From a virus, in the IMG/VR virus record IMGVR_UViG_3300037247_001689, positions 32,001-96,000 of that record: a stretch of 64,000 nt of DNA; one strand, 5' to 3'. Positions 1 through 9,824 of this stretch are shown piece after piece. The notes below the pieces were generated by a model. It worked only from the letters and a program-made list of their open reading frames with translations, was not told the DNA's origin and made no database searches. Within the stretch, counting starts at the first letter, position 1, and each line of letters starts with the position of its first letter. The translations under genes were made by a program, and so were the position numbers.

Positions 1-830
1 AGTGGATGAATCTCTAATTTCTTCCAATTGAATTCTGTTGTTTTAGGTTTCTCATGTGTTTGGTAAAATTCAGCTTTGGCTTTGGCTATTTGTAGAAGTT
101 CAGTATTTTCTTTTTTCTTCTCAGTTGCAGGTTCAACTCTGTGATTTTCTCTCTTTGAAATTTTACTGCTTGGTTCCCATTTTCCTTTTTTAGACCATTC
201 TCCTTTTACCCATGCGTTTTTTACATAGTCGTATACTTCATTTAAAATTATCCAATTTCGTCTCGGCTTGTTCGGATTTTTAAGGTGGAATATGATACTA
301 ATCTTTCCTTCATCTTCTTTTGGGCAACAAACAAAATAATGAGCGTCCTTATCAAGTTCAGCAATAATTCCAGTTTCTGATTCAGCTTGTTTCCTATTTT
401 TGTCCAATGAAAAACCAACTCTATCAAAATATTCTTCAGTGAGTACTTTTGAATAACATCTGAGTTTGTAAATGATTTCATTCCATGGCGGGTTTTCTTG
501 CGGCAGTATTGTGTAAGTATTTATATATTCAAGGATATCGTCACTCGACATTATCTTTTCAGGGACATTCACAATTTGCTGTCTAATTTCACCAATCCTA
601 TTGTAAATTGGGTAAACACCATCTTCAATAAATAGAGGTTTTAAATAATCCAATAATGTACTTTGAAGTCTCATATCTCGTTCTATCACTTCCAGTTTTT
701 TATACTTTTCATCCTCAACCGAAGTTGCATAAAAAACCATACTCACACTTTCAGGGGGTATCGAGTCACAATTTAGAGACGATATTGCATATGATCCTTT
801 GTTACTTTTCCAGATTTGGTGCTTTTTCAA
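1..830 (-). CDS. hypothetical protein, >=276 aa, runs off the left edge (not in ORF track)
   Basis: Manually translated open frame from TTG at 830 (AGGAG SD, overlapping the stop of 827..1111): MKKHQIWKSNKGSYAISS...; no stop before position 1. Confidence 0.75.
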   Translation of the reverse strand, partial: MKKHQIWKSNKGSYAISSLNCDSIPPESVSMVFYATSVEDEKYKKLEVIERDMRLQSTLLDYLKPLFIEDGVYPIYNRIGEIRQQIVNVPEKIMSSDDILEYINTYTILPQENPPWNEIIYKLRCYSKVLTEEYFDRVGFSLDKNRKQAESETGIIAELDKDAHYFVCCPKEDEGKISIIFHLKNPNKPRRNWIILNEVYDYVKNAWVKGEWSKKGKWEPSSKISKRENHRVEPATEKKKENTELLQIAKAKAEFYQTHEKPKTTEFNWKKLEIHP

Positions 831-1111
831 ATTGTCTCCTTTAAAATCATCTCAGATATGTCATCATAAACTTCTTGGCTCATTTCTGCATAATATCCTG
901 TTTTACCGCCAGGGATCATTCCATTTTTAACTAAGTTTTCAGCTACTTCCCTGAAAACATCTATGGGCATAAACTCAGAATCACACATTGTAATTGCATT
1001 AGGCACACAACTATCAAGATTAACCATTGCTATCCCGTCAATTTTATTTATCACAGGAGCAGTGCAAACGAAAGCTATTGCTTGTATGAATTTTCTTCTG
1101 GTGAATTTCAA
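827..1111 (-). CDS. hypothetical protein with twin-arginine-like N-terminus
   Basis: ORF track; MKFTRRKFIQAIAF resembles a Tat-like signal; tightly packed in a minus-strand operon. Confidence 0.6.
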   Translation of the reverse strand: MKFTRRKFIQAIAFVCTAPVINKIDGIAMVNLDSCVPNAITMCDSEFMPIDVFREVAENLVKNGMIPGGKTGYYAEMSQEVYDDISEMILKETI

Positions 1112-1112
1112 T

Positions 1113-1493
1113 TTAGCCTCTTGATTTATAAAATACTACAGTTGTGTAAAAACCACTTCTAAAACCTTTGTCTAAAACGTAGCAATGTTTAAATTCTTCA
1201 CTTATGATAACATGTTTTTTAATTTCTTCAGATGTATCTGTTTCAGAAAAGAAACTAACCGTGTCACACCCATCTTCAGGCCCGAAAGAAAAGTCAATCA
1301 TTGTCACATGATCTGTTAGATAATTTAGTAGAAAACCGACACTTACACATCTTTCTTTTGAGGGTAGAACGCAACCAAACCCTCCTGGAATAACTTTTTC
1401 AATTTTGCTGGGTTGAAGATTTATTTTGCAGAGTTCTTTAAGTGCATTTTTCTTTTCATTCGCAGGTGCCATTTCAGCTTTGAAGTTTTTCAT
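1113..1493 (-). CDS. hypothetical protein
   Basis: 126-aa ORF, AGGAG SD just upstream, abuts the next gene. Confidence 0.65.
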   Translation of the reverse strand: MKNFKAEMAPANEKKNALKELCKINLQPSKIEKVIPGGFGCVLPSKERCVSVGFLLNYLTDHVTMIDFSFGPEDGCDTVSFFSETDTSEEIKKHVIISEEFKHCYVLDKGFRSGFYTTVVFYKSRG

Positions 1494-1533
1494 GGTCTCC
1501 TAATCAATATATTCAATTGGTGTTAATGGTTGG

Positions 1534-1812
1534 TTAAGTCTTTTTATAATTTAAAAGAGATTTATGTATTGCTTGGCGTGAAACACCATATATATTCGCT
1601 ATGTAAGAAAAAGTTTTGCCTTGTTTCCTGAGAGTGTATATTGCTTTTATGTTCTTACCTTTTTTACTGCCACGCCTTCGTAAAATAATCTTTTCCTTTA
1701 GTAGCCTGTTACGTATTGGGGATATTGAACAGTTAAATATTTTTGCTATTTTAAATATCCCTGTGCCAGATTCGTACATCTTTTTAATCAGTTTTGAATC
1801 AAGATTTAGCAT
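1534..1812 (-). CDS. tandem helix-turn-helix DNA-binding protein
   Basis: Two HTH-like segments: GIFKIAKIFNCSISPIRNRL and TFSYIANIYGVSRQAIHKSL. Confidence 0.75.
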   Translation of the reverse strand: MLNLDSKLIKKMYESGTGIFKIAKIFNCSISPIRNRLLKEKIILRRRGSKKGKNIKAIYTLRKQGKTFSYIANIYGVSRQAIHKSLLNYKKT

Positions 1813-1864
1813 TTTATATTCTTTATAATTAAACAGCCAACAACATGTTAACTGTTTTTATGGT

Positions 1865-2179
1865 TTATTTATCGGCAATTGTTCCCGCAACTTTTTCTGC
1901 CTGTTCAAAAGTCATCGTCATCAATGCAAAAGCTTGCGGTTTGGTGAATCCTTTTTTAACTAAATCTTCATACATCCGCCAGTATAGATCGGTTAAAACA
2001 TCACTAATCTTGTTGGTAATCTTTGATTCTTTCACGACATCCAGAACAATATTACCTATGTCAATAACAGTTTTAATTTCCAGTCTTTGTCGTTCTACCT
2101 GTTGAGTAGAATAGTCTTCTTGTGCAAAACAAAAAGTTGATGCGAGAAGTAATATTAACAGTAAAATTAACTTTTTCAA
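1865..2179 (-). CDS. secreted hypothetical protein
   Basis: MKKLILLLILLLASTFCFA signal peptide; CAGGAGACGA SD upstream of TTG. Confidence 0.75.
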   Translation of the reverse strand: MKKLILLLILLLASTFCFAQEDYSTQQVERQRLEIKTVIDIGNIVLDVVKESKITNKISDVLTDLYWRMYEDLVKKGFTKPQAFALMTMTFEQAEKVAGTIADK

Positions 2180-2224
2180 TTCGTCTCCTGATTAAATTTA
2201 ATAAAAAAATAACATCCAGACTTT

Positions 2225-2253
2225 AAAATAATAAATAACTTATAACCTGTCAA
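2225..2253 (-). promoter_or_regulatory. sigma70-type promoter of the leftward operon, with ATAAGTTAT box in the spacer
   Basis: Minus strand TTGACA-17 nt-TATTTT; ATAACTTAT at 2235-2243. Confidence 0.6.
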
Positions 2254-2343
2254 GATAATAAATTACATCTTTGCTAAGTCCTCCTATATATGCAACTATA
2301 AACGCAAAACAGACTATTATCTACATATTCCCACGGAAAAGCT

Positions 2344-5300
2344 ATGCCAAAAGCAATCACAGTAAGCAGCCTATCGAATTACACCCCCATGTTTAAAGCG
2401 ATCAAAACCAAGATAAAAGAACCCACATTTAAGTTACAAGGCAGTTATATCTTCCAAGGATTACCTATTTCAGTTGAAAATAAAGCCGGTTCAATGCGTC
2501 GAAGTATGCCAGGAGAAAAACCGGTCTGGTCGACTAAAATGGGTTATGATTATGGTTATATCCGCAATACTGAAGCAAAAGACAAAGAAGCGGTTGATGT
2601 TTATGTGAGACGGAAGTCAAAAGGTAAAAAACCTCCTTATCATGACATTTCGGGCGGGGAACTCGTTGACCAAGCGGTTTACGTCATCCATCAAAAACAA
2701 ATCTGGAAAACCTCAAAATGGCATAATGGTATCTGTCCTGATTGTCATAAGCACCATACAGAATGTAAACACGCTTACGATGAAGATAAAGTGATGTTGG
2801 GTTTCGATTCTAAAGAAGATGCTATTAAAGCATATCTTGGTCAATACGATTCATCACGCTTTTTAGGTCCAGTGTCCACTTACACACTATCTGAATTCAA
2901 AGCTTCTCTAAAAAATTCATGGGGTAAGAAATTACCCTATAAAAATAGTAAACATGAACATTGGGTGGGCGTTGATTTAGACGGGACATCAGCAATTGAC
3001 GATGGATGGAAAGGGAAAGAACACATTGGCGAACCGATTGAGAAAATATGGAAAAGAATAGATAAGATACTTAGTCAAGGCGGGAAAGTTAAAATTCTTA
3101 CTGCCAGGGCATGGGATAAAAAAGCAATCAAACCGATTCAAGATTGGATGAAGTTGAACAACAAACCCATATTAGAAATCACCAACAAAAAAGATCCCGG
3201 CATGGTTGAAATTTGGGATGATCGAGCGAGAAGAATTGGGAAGAATACCGGAAATTTAGTGAAAAGCTTTTACGTTGATTTAGACAAATCATATCTTGGA
3301 CAATCAGGAGATAAATTCGGGAGTACAGCAATGTTACAGGAAAACCTAAGCAAGAAAAATTCAAAGGCTGTTATTGTTTCAATGGGTGATAATAAAAAAG
3401 ATAGAATGGAATGGATACGGCAACATAATGCAAGAATGTTAGGTGTTAAACTTGATAAAGGTTGCATGAAGAAAATGTTTGTTAGTAATCAAATGAAAGA
3501 TGAAGACCAGTATGATTACGATGTTTGTTCAAAATATGCAGCTTTTCAAGCCGAAATTGAGGATAAATACCACAAAAATAAATTCCCCAACGAAACCAAA
3601 CACGAATACATTGAGCGCACTAAAAAAGAAACCATCGCCAAACAAAACCAAATGATAACCGGTTATATGCAGAAAGCCGTTATCATCAAACGTGAGGACA
3701 TGGAAAAAGGATTTGTTAAGCAGCATACCCGGAAAGGAAAAGTTGTCGCTTCCTATTTCACTAAAACAAAAAAGAAAATTGCCGGTGTAAAACACAAAAG
3801 ATTGCACCGCTTGGACATGAGCGAAAAGCAAGCTCAGGAGAAAATAAAACTAATCGAGAAAGCCAAAACATTACACGATGATCATATCAGACTTGCAAAG
3901 GACCATAAAAAGGAAGCTGAAGCGGCCAAATCTGACGGTAAAGAACACTATGAAAAGCATGGCAGGAAGTATCTGATTGATCCAGCAATCAGTCACCTAA
4001 ACGACCACATCAAACATCATGAGAATAAACTTGAATCCCATAACAATCATATCAAAAAGATTGAACAACGCCACGAAACAGATGCAGCGTATTTTGATAA
4101 AAAACGGGAAAAGTCCAAGGCCAAAAAGCAAGAGAAAGCCCCTAAAAAGGATGGATTAACTTTCTCTGATCAAAAAGAATACATGTCATGGTACCGTAAG
4201 CAATCAAAACACGATCAAGAAAATCATAAGTTAGATAGGAAGGACGGTAAGCTGGTTGTTACAATGACAGGTAAAGAACCGGTTAAGAAAGAGGAACCAG
4301 TTAAGAAAGTTGTGGTTGCCAAAAAAGAAGAAAAGCGCCTTCCCAAAAAAGCAGTTATTGTTAAACGGGAAATCATCGACGTTCCAACGAAGTATACTGA
4401 TAATAGTAACAGGAATAATTCAGATGTAAATAGATCTAAAGAATCAATAAATGAAGGCTTAATGATATTGAAAGCTGGAAAATTGCCGCCAGGAAAACAG
4501 GAATCTATTGAACGGGCCATTAAAAATTCAATGGATAGGATTGATGGTATTCTTGAACCTAAAAAAGATAGCATTGGAGAATTGGAGAACCGCAATAAAA
4601 CCCTGATTGAAACAATGAAAAATTTGTCTTCTGAAAGTGCGTTCAGAGGCGGGAAAGTAACTGAAGAAGGTGAAAAGTTAAAGGATGAATGGCGAGCAGC
4701 ACAACAGGAAAGTGCTGGGATAGTAAAAAAGATTAATGAGTTGAAAGATAAAAAAATAAAAACCGAAAAGGATAGCAAGGGTAGTTTGATATCAAGATCG
4801 GCACTAAAAACGCTAAGTACCGCAGAGGAAGATTTAAAAGAACACAGTTATAAACTTGGAACAATTCATTTAGATAGGATATCAAGCCATCTTAAGTTTG
4901 CAAAAGAGAAAAAATTACTTCCTGAATCCAAATTGGAAAATATAGAAAATGCATTAAATGATGCTAAAAGAAGCCGTTCCGAAGCCCTAAAAGGAAACAA
5001 GAACGCTTACAAGGGCGGTCCAAAAGAAGAGGCTAAAAAAGTAATTGTCAAAAAAGAAGAAGATAAGAAGCCGATTTCTAAAAAAGCGGTGATTGTTCCT
5101 CGTGAGAAGATCACTGATTTTGGAGAGAAAATTGGTGGTGCGAGAAAGGATGAGTGGAAGAATAAATACCTAAAAGGGAAAGACATTTTTGAGTTAAATG
5201 ATCGTGAAATTGTAAAACATGTTAAGAAGGATAAAATTTGGCCAAAACCCGATTACGAGAAAATGATAAAAGAAGGAAAAGATCCAGTTGTAGCACATCT

Positions 5301-7266
5301 GATTAAAAAAGTCAGAGATGGATTACCCGCAAAATTAAATCTTCCTTCTTATAAAGAATCTCAATTAAAAGAATATGCCCAAAAATATGTTCAATTTATA
5401 CAGGATGCCAGAGAAACATTGTTGAAAGTAAAAACTGTTGATGATTTCAAAGATGTCATATCTAAAATATTTCATGATGAATATGAAAAAGGAAAAGGCT
5501 GGACTGTGACGGGTGCAGATCCAAGCAAGGCGTATTTCTATAATAGTAGAGTTAGAAAAGCTATGAGTATTTCAACTTGGGATATAAGTAGGTCTAAAAA
5601 AGAAGTTGATAAAGGGTGGGGTCTGTCCGAACCATGGATGAAAGACCTTACTATAAAAGAATATCCAATTAATCTTGCCACAATGAAACGTGATGATCCA
5701 CACACATTCATGGTAAAAGGCGAAGGCGTGACCAGCCCTTATTTTGAGTCAGAAAAAGAAGCAACAGATTGGGCAAAAACAAGACACGAGGCATTAAAGG
5801 ATCACAAAGTAACGCATGGTGAAGTCTCCAAGAAAAATAAGGAAACAGGCGAATGGGAAAAGAAAAGCGGGTGGTTTGCTACAAAAGGTAGCACAATCAT
5901 GTCAGAAGTAATGGGAACCAAAAAAGCAGTTGAAGATTATTTAATGCTCCAGCATACACTAAAACCAGAAGCAGGAAAGAAAAAGCAAAAACCTAAATTT
6001 ATCAGACCCCAATTAAGAACCATTGAAAGAACTGGCAAGGAACACCGGAAAGGTGAAAGTACAACCACTAAAGATTTTCATGAAACGTTCGGATTTAAAG
6101 GTGGTGAATTTGGAAATTGGAATACTCAGTCCGATAGACAGCAAACGATGGACCATGCCAGTGATGCAATGAATGATTTAGCTGATGCTATCGGCATTGA
6201 TCCAAAAGAGATATCATTCAACGGCGACCTGTCAATTGCCTTTGGCGCAAGAGGTCAGGGTTTTAGTGGTGCTTCTGCTCATTATGAACCGGATAGAAAA
6301 GTAATTAATCTTACTAAAATGAAAGGGGCAGGTTCACTCGCGCATGAGTGGGGGCATGGTTTAGATGATTATATTAGAAAAGTATCCGGCACCCAAACTG
6401 TAAAAAGTAAAATGGCGACTGATGCATTACACCCTAAAGAGGGGGGATTGTCGGCGGAGCAGGTAAAAGCCTTTAATAATATAGTTGAAACTATGACGAG
6501 AAAAAAACTTCCATTATCAGAGCATCAAGAAAACCTTAAAAAAGAGATTGAGAAGCATACTAAAGGATTAAAAAGCACTCTTGCGGGGATAAGAGAAGAT
6601 TTAGTAAAAAGTAAAGAGTCTGGTAACAAGTTAATCACTGATGCAGGTTTAAAAGAATTTGATAAAGAAATCGTCCCAAATATTCTAAAAGGGCCATCTA
6701 AAGGTGACAAACAAATTCAAGATGGTAAGAAAAAATATGATTTTATCCATGAAAAATTGCATTATTTAACAAATGAATTCTACAAAGATAGAATAGGCAG
6801 GAACGAAAGCCGGTATAAAAATAACCTTCAATATTATTACAACAATATAGGCTATTCAAAAGAAAGCCTGGCTAAAGGTAGTGATGTCACACTTCCAAAA
6901 AGAGATAGCAATTTCAAGAAAGGCGCAAGGAAAATGGGTGACCTTTTCGGGAAATCTTCATACTGGCCAAGCAATGTTGAAATGTTCGGGAGAGCATTTG
7001 AATCATATGTTCATGACAAGGTGAAAGCTAAAGGTAATAAATCAGATTATCTTGTTCACAGTACCAGTAATGATAATTATCAAGTGTATACTGATCCAAA
7101 AACAGGTGAATATCCACAACCATATCCTGAAGGGAAAGAAAGAGTAGAAATAAACAAAGCATTTGATAATTTTTTCAAACATTTCAAGAAAGGAAGCCAG
7201 TTTCAGAAACCTTCTAAGAATATGAAGAAGGCTTTTAAGGGGGTTATCATTAAACGAGTTAGTTAA
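2344..7266 (+). CDS. large polyvalent protein (pyrophosphatase-like, HAD phosphatase, His-rich leader module, LPD5-like, zincin metallopeptidase, LPD1-like)
   Basis: GLPISVEN..YDYGYI..DKEAVDVYV..YDEDKVMLGF (polyvalent InPase-type); VDLDGT/TAR/WDDRA (HAD); ITDFGEKIGGARKD (LPD5-like); FGFKGGEFGNW..AHYEP..GSLAHEWGH (zincin); YW..EMFGRAFESYV..YPEGKER..INKAFD (LPD1-like). Confidence 0.85.
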   Translation: MPKAITVSSLSNYTPMFKAIKTKIKEPTFKLQGSYIFQGLPISVENKAGSMRRSMPGEKPVWSTKMGYDYGYIRNTEAKDKEAVDVYVRRKSKGKKPPYHDISGGELVDQAVYVIHQKQIWKTSKWHNGICPDCHKHHTECKHAYDEDKVMLGFDSKEDAIKAYLGQYDSSRFLGPVSTYTLSEFKASLKNSWGKKLPYKNSKHEHWVGVDLDGTSAIDDGWKGKEHIGEPIEKIWKRIDKILSQGGKVKILTARAWDKKAIKPIQDWMKLNNKPILEITNKKDPGMVEIWDDRARRIGKNTGNLVKSFYVDLDKSYLGQSGDKFGSTAMLQENLSKKNSKAVIVSMGDNKKDRMEWIRQHNARMLGVKLDKGCMKKMFVSNQMKDEDQYDYDVCSKYAAFQAEIEDKYHKNKFPNETKHEYIERTKKETIAKQNQMITGYMQKAVIIKREDMEKGFVKQHTRKGKVVASYFTKTKKKIAGVKHKRLHRLDMSEKQAQEKIKLIEKAKTLHDDHIRLAKDHKKEAEAAKSDGKEHYEKHGRKYLIDPAISHLNDHIKHHENKLESHNNHIKKIEQRHETDAAYFDKKREKSKAKKQEKAPKKDGLTFSDQKEYMSWYRKQSKHDQENHKLDRKDGKLVVTMTGKEPVKKEEPVKKVVVAKKEEKRLPKKAVIVKREIIDVPTKYTDNSNRNNSDVNRSKESINEGLMILKAGKLPPGKQESIERAIKNSMDRIDGILEPKKDSIGELENRNKTLIETMKNLSSESAFRGGKVTEEGEKLKDEWRAAQQESAGIVKKINELKDKKIKTEKDSKGSLISRSALKTLSTAEEDLKEHSYKLGTIHLDRISSHLKFAKEKKLLPESKLENIENALNDAKRSRSEALKGNKNAYKGGPKEEAKKVIVKKEEDKKPISKKAVIVPREKITDFGEKIGGARKDEWKNKYLKGKDIFELNDREIVKHVKKDKIWPKPDYEKMIKEGKDPVVAHLIKKVRDGLPAKLNLPSYKESQLKEYAQKYVQFIQDARETLLKVKTVDDFKDVISKIFHDEYEKGKGWTVTGADPSKAYFYNSRVRKAMSISTWDISRSKKEVDKGWGLSEPWMKDLTIKEYPINLATMKRDDPHTFMVKGEGVTSPYFESEKEATDWAKTRHEALKDHKVTHGEVSKKNKETGEWEKKSGWFATKGSTIMSEVMGTKKAVEDYLMLQHTLKPEAGKKKQKPKFIRPQLRTIERTGKEHRKGESTTTKDFHETFGFKGGEFGNWNTQSDRQQTMDHASDAMNDLADAIGIDPKEISFNGDLSIAFGARGQGFSGASAHYEPDRKVINLTKMKGAGSLAHEWGHGLDDYIRKVSGTQTVKSKMATDALHPKEGGLSAEQVKAFNNIVETMTRKKLPLSEHQENLKKEIEKHTKGLKSTLAGIREDLVKSKESGNKLITDAGLKEFDKEIVPNILKGPSKGDKQIQDGKKKYDFIHEKLHYLTNEFYKDRIGRNESRYKNNLQYYYNNIGYSKESLAKGSDVTLPKRDSNFKKGARKMGDLFGKSSYWPSNVEMFGRAFESYVHDKVKAKGNKSDYLVHSTSNDNYQVYTDPKTGEYPQPYPEGKERVEINKAFDNFFKHFKKGSQFQKPSKNMKKAFKGVIIKRVS

Positions 7267-7269
7267 TAA

Positions 7270-7580
7270 TTAAATATCATTTTGGCAGGAATGATCTCCA
7301 CATTTACACTTTTCAAAAGGGAAAAGAATTGGTTGTAAAAACGAAATACTCATCCCATTATCGAAGAACATAAGATGGTTAGTTTCTAAAACTTCTCTGC
7401 CAGTATTAACTTTACTGACATCAACTTCTGGTTTCCAATCTAAACCGGTTAAAGAAGCAATCTGGACCTTATCAGAATCAATATTGTACTCACCATATGA
7501 GATATTAATGTTCCAAAATGTTCTTCATAATCGCCATTAAATTGTGTTCCTTCATAATAAAATTTATAAGTTGCATCCAT
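7270..7580 (-). pseudogene. frameshifted small gene, about 103 codons if repaired
   Basis: ATG 7580 after GGGGAATTAAG SD reads MDATYKFYYEGTQFNGDYEEHFGTL; the -1 frame is open from about 7527 to TAA at 7270 (SYGEYNIDSDKVQ...CGDHSCQNDI) and fills the gap to the 1640-aa gene. Confidence 0.55.
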
Positions 7581-7630
7581 CTTAATTCCCCAATTTTGAT
7601 GTTATGGTTTAATTCCGATTTCTTGATCCA

Positions 7631-7679
7631 AATATATTTTATCTGTCGGAATCCGTCAAGTAAATAATAACTTATTTTA
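7631..7679 (-). promoter_or_regulatory. repeated promoter/operator cassette, copy 1
   Basis: TTGACG-17-TATATT on the minus strand; 36 bp (7644-7679) identical to 15863-15898. Confidence 0.8.
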
Positions 7680-7752
7680 TTAAACACCCAAACGTTTGCC
7701 ATTCCCCTACATAAATAGTACCTTTCAATAAACCACTATCAAAAGGAACCAA

Positions 7753-7992
7753 ATGAAAAACTACACAATCACAATCTTAGGCAAAGAAACAATTGTCATT
7801 TCAAAGACTAAAAAACTGGAAATCGTCAACGGCGAAATCGGTCATGCCATTAAAATCATCGAATCACCGATTTTAACAAGATACATCCCCCTTATAAACA
7901 TTACCTCAATGGTCATTGAAGACTTAGATAAAAAGTCAGATATGGCGAAGAAGCAACAAAAACACATTGATAAATTGAAAGGGAAAAAATAA
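7753..7992 (+). CDS. hypothetical protein
   Basis: AAGGA SD; stop overlaps the next ATG. Confidence 0.7.
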   Translation: MKNYTITILGKETIVISKTKKLEIVNGEIGHAIKIIESPILTRYIPLINITSMVIEDLDKKSDMAKKQQKHIDKLKGKK

Positions 7993-9005
7993 TGTGCGAA
8001 GCTTGCGGAGATTCAGAACACCAAAAAGTTGAGATAATGAAAGCCGGAATACAAACCGGAATTTATCACATGGATTCATATTCAGATTACTACCCGGGAT
8101 TAAATATCTACGACATAGAATATGACAGCATGGCTAAGGCAATCAACATCTCAACTCAAATCACGCAACACGGTGAAGCCTCATTCGATGACTATATGCA
8201 GGAACTACTGCTGGATTTAAGCACAGAAATGCGCACGAATCCAAAAGAGCATATAAGCATGATATTAAGGCGTTTTAGCGAGAGGAAATTTAAAGACAAG
8301 GATTGGTGGGGCAATCTCACTAAAGATGAAATAAACGAGCTTTTGAGTGGAATCAGGGAATATTATGCGACTCACACGCTACTTTTAGAAAGCGGGTTAG
8401 CTGAAGCCTATAAATTCGGAAAGTTTCACACGCTTTTAACAGAATCAATGACCTTAAAGCAAGCAAAGAATAAGGTTAAAACCCTTAAATTAAACCCTTA
8501 TGATAAAGCGAGATTAGACACAATTCAACAAACATCCGGTCTATTTATGGATCGGGTTATCCAGAGACAAGTCGATACTGCAGCGATAAAAATTCTGGAA
8601 CGTAACAGAGATTTTATCACAAAAGTACTTGTAAATAATGATGAAAAATCATGGCGCTCACTGGCAAGTGATATCTACCATGGAATGGAAAGAGACGCTA
8701 AAGTCGTAGTGAGGGATATTGACCGGATTACCAGGACAGAGATTGCTCATTCTCAGAATTATGCTATCTTAATGGATGGCAAAGATCGAGGGAAGAAATA
8801 CGCAATTGTCAGAGTGAGAGATACGGCCTGTCCACTTTGTAAAGGGATGTATTTGAATAAGGATGGAACCCCAAAGAAGTTTTTGCTGGATGATTTAATT
8901 GGCGTTCCGAGGGATGTTAATTGGGGTAAGAAGCCTAAAGATTTCAAGCTACAAGCACCGGTTTTGCATCCATATTGCTTCTGTGTTCTTTTAGTTTTAG
9001 CTTAA
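7992..9005 (+). CDS. MuF/SPP1 gp7-like head morphogenesis protein
   Basis: RITRTE, D..ACPLC and PVLHPYCFC motifs typical of MuF C-terminal domains. Confidence 0.8.
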   Translation: MCEACGDSEHQKVEIMKAGIQTGIYHMDSYSDYYPGLNIYDIEYDSMAKAINISTQITQHGEASFDDYMQELLLDLSTEMRTNPKEHISMILRRFSERKFKDKDWWGNLTKDEINELLSGIREYYATHTLLLESGLAEAYKFGKFHTLLTESMTLKQAKNKVKTLKLNPYDKARLDTIQQTSGLFMDRVIQRQVDTAAIKILERNRDFITKVLVNNDEKSWRSLASDIYHGMERDAKVVVRDIDRITRTEIAHSQNYAILMDGKDRGKKYAIVRVRDTACPLCKGMYLNKDGTPKKFLLDDLIGVPRDVNWGKKPKDFKLQAPVLHPYCFCVLLVLA

Positions 9006-9460
9006 TGATATCAAGTACTTGCAACATTTGATTGATTAGTTCACGAAATCACTACATTATTGTTTATTGAATACCCTCTTTACATTCCCACTTGAATCTG
9101 TTTCAAATTTGTACCAAATATTCGATTATATACAAATAACATCATTAATTTTGTTAAATGCTTCTATCATTAAACCCTCTAAAACTCCAGTTGTTCTCAA
9201 TACTGATTGTTTGTGCTGCAATTTCCAGTCTTTGATAATTGCTTCAATCAACTTAACCTTTTCTTTATCTTCCATATTATTCCTTTACGAAATCACTAAT
9301 CTACAAATTCCCTTGAACAAATCCCAACCGGATAGATTGACCTGCGATAAATTCGAGTGATTGTTCCTTGATCTTTCTCTTATCAATTGGAATTGTACTT
9401 GCAACCCCATTTTCGATTAGAACCGTACTCCAAAATATTCCAGGTACGGTTGCAATGTTT

Positions 9461-9814
9461 TTAGTTTTTGTCATAGAATTTCTCCGCCATTTCAGGGTTT
9501 TCGTATTTATTACCTATTTCAGTCCAATTTTCAACACCTTTATCAAGAGCGATAGAAACACCACCCGTAAAAATTCGCCAATCTGGACCATGTTTTGTGA
9601 TTATTCCGTTAATAGCTCCATTAGTTATGATATCACCTTGGTAAAGTTCTGTTTTGTCCTTGTCGTGCCTTTCTGAGGATAGGATTAGGATTAAATGTTT
9701 ATCAGCTTTTTCAATCCACCCCCTTAAGTCAAAATGCATTAATTCGCCGATTTCATTAATATAAAAATCAAGATTACTTAATCTATTCTTTTTATCATCC
9801 CAAACCTTAAACAT
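9461..9814 (-). CDS. YopX family protein
   Basis: FKVWD...DKDKTELYQGDII...EIGNKYENPE; start moved to the ATG behind an AGGAG SD. Confidence 0.85.
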   Translation of the reverse strand: MFKVWDDKKNRLSNLDFYINEIGELMHFDLRGWIEKADKHLILILSSERHDKDKTELYQGDIITNGAINGIITKHGPDWRIFTGGVSIALDKGVENWTEIGNKYENPEMAEKFYDKN

Positions 9815-9824
9815 CTTTTCTCCT

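Noticed and set aside
248-844. Track ORFs 248..481 (-) and 656..844 (+)
   Set aside because: They overlap the longer SD-led minus-strand frame <1..830.
7505-7702. Track ORF of 65 aa
   Set aside because: It runs through the repeated promoter; the SD-led start at 7580 is in another frame.
9002-9275. Minus-strand 49-aa ORF followed in frame by 24 more codons (possible readthrough or alternative code)
   Set aside because: Single case; long genes terminate normally at TAA, TAG and TGA, so there is no evidence for stop reassignment.
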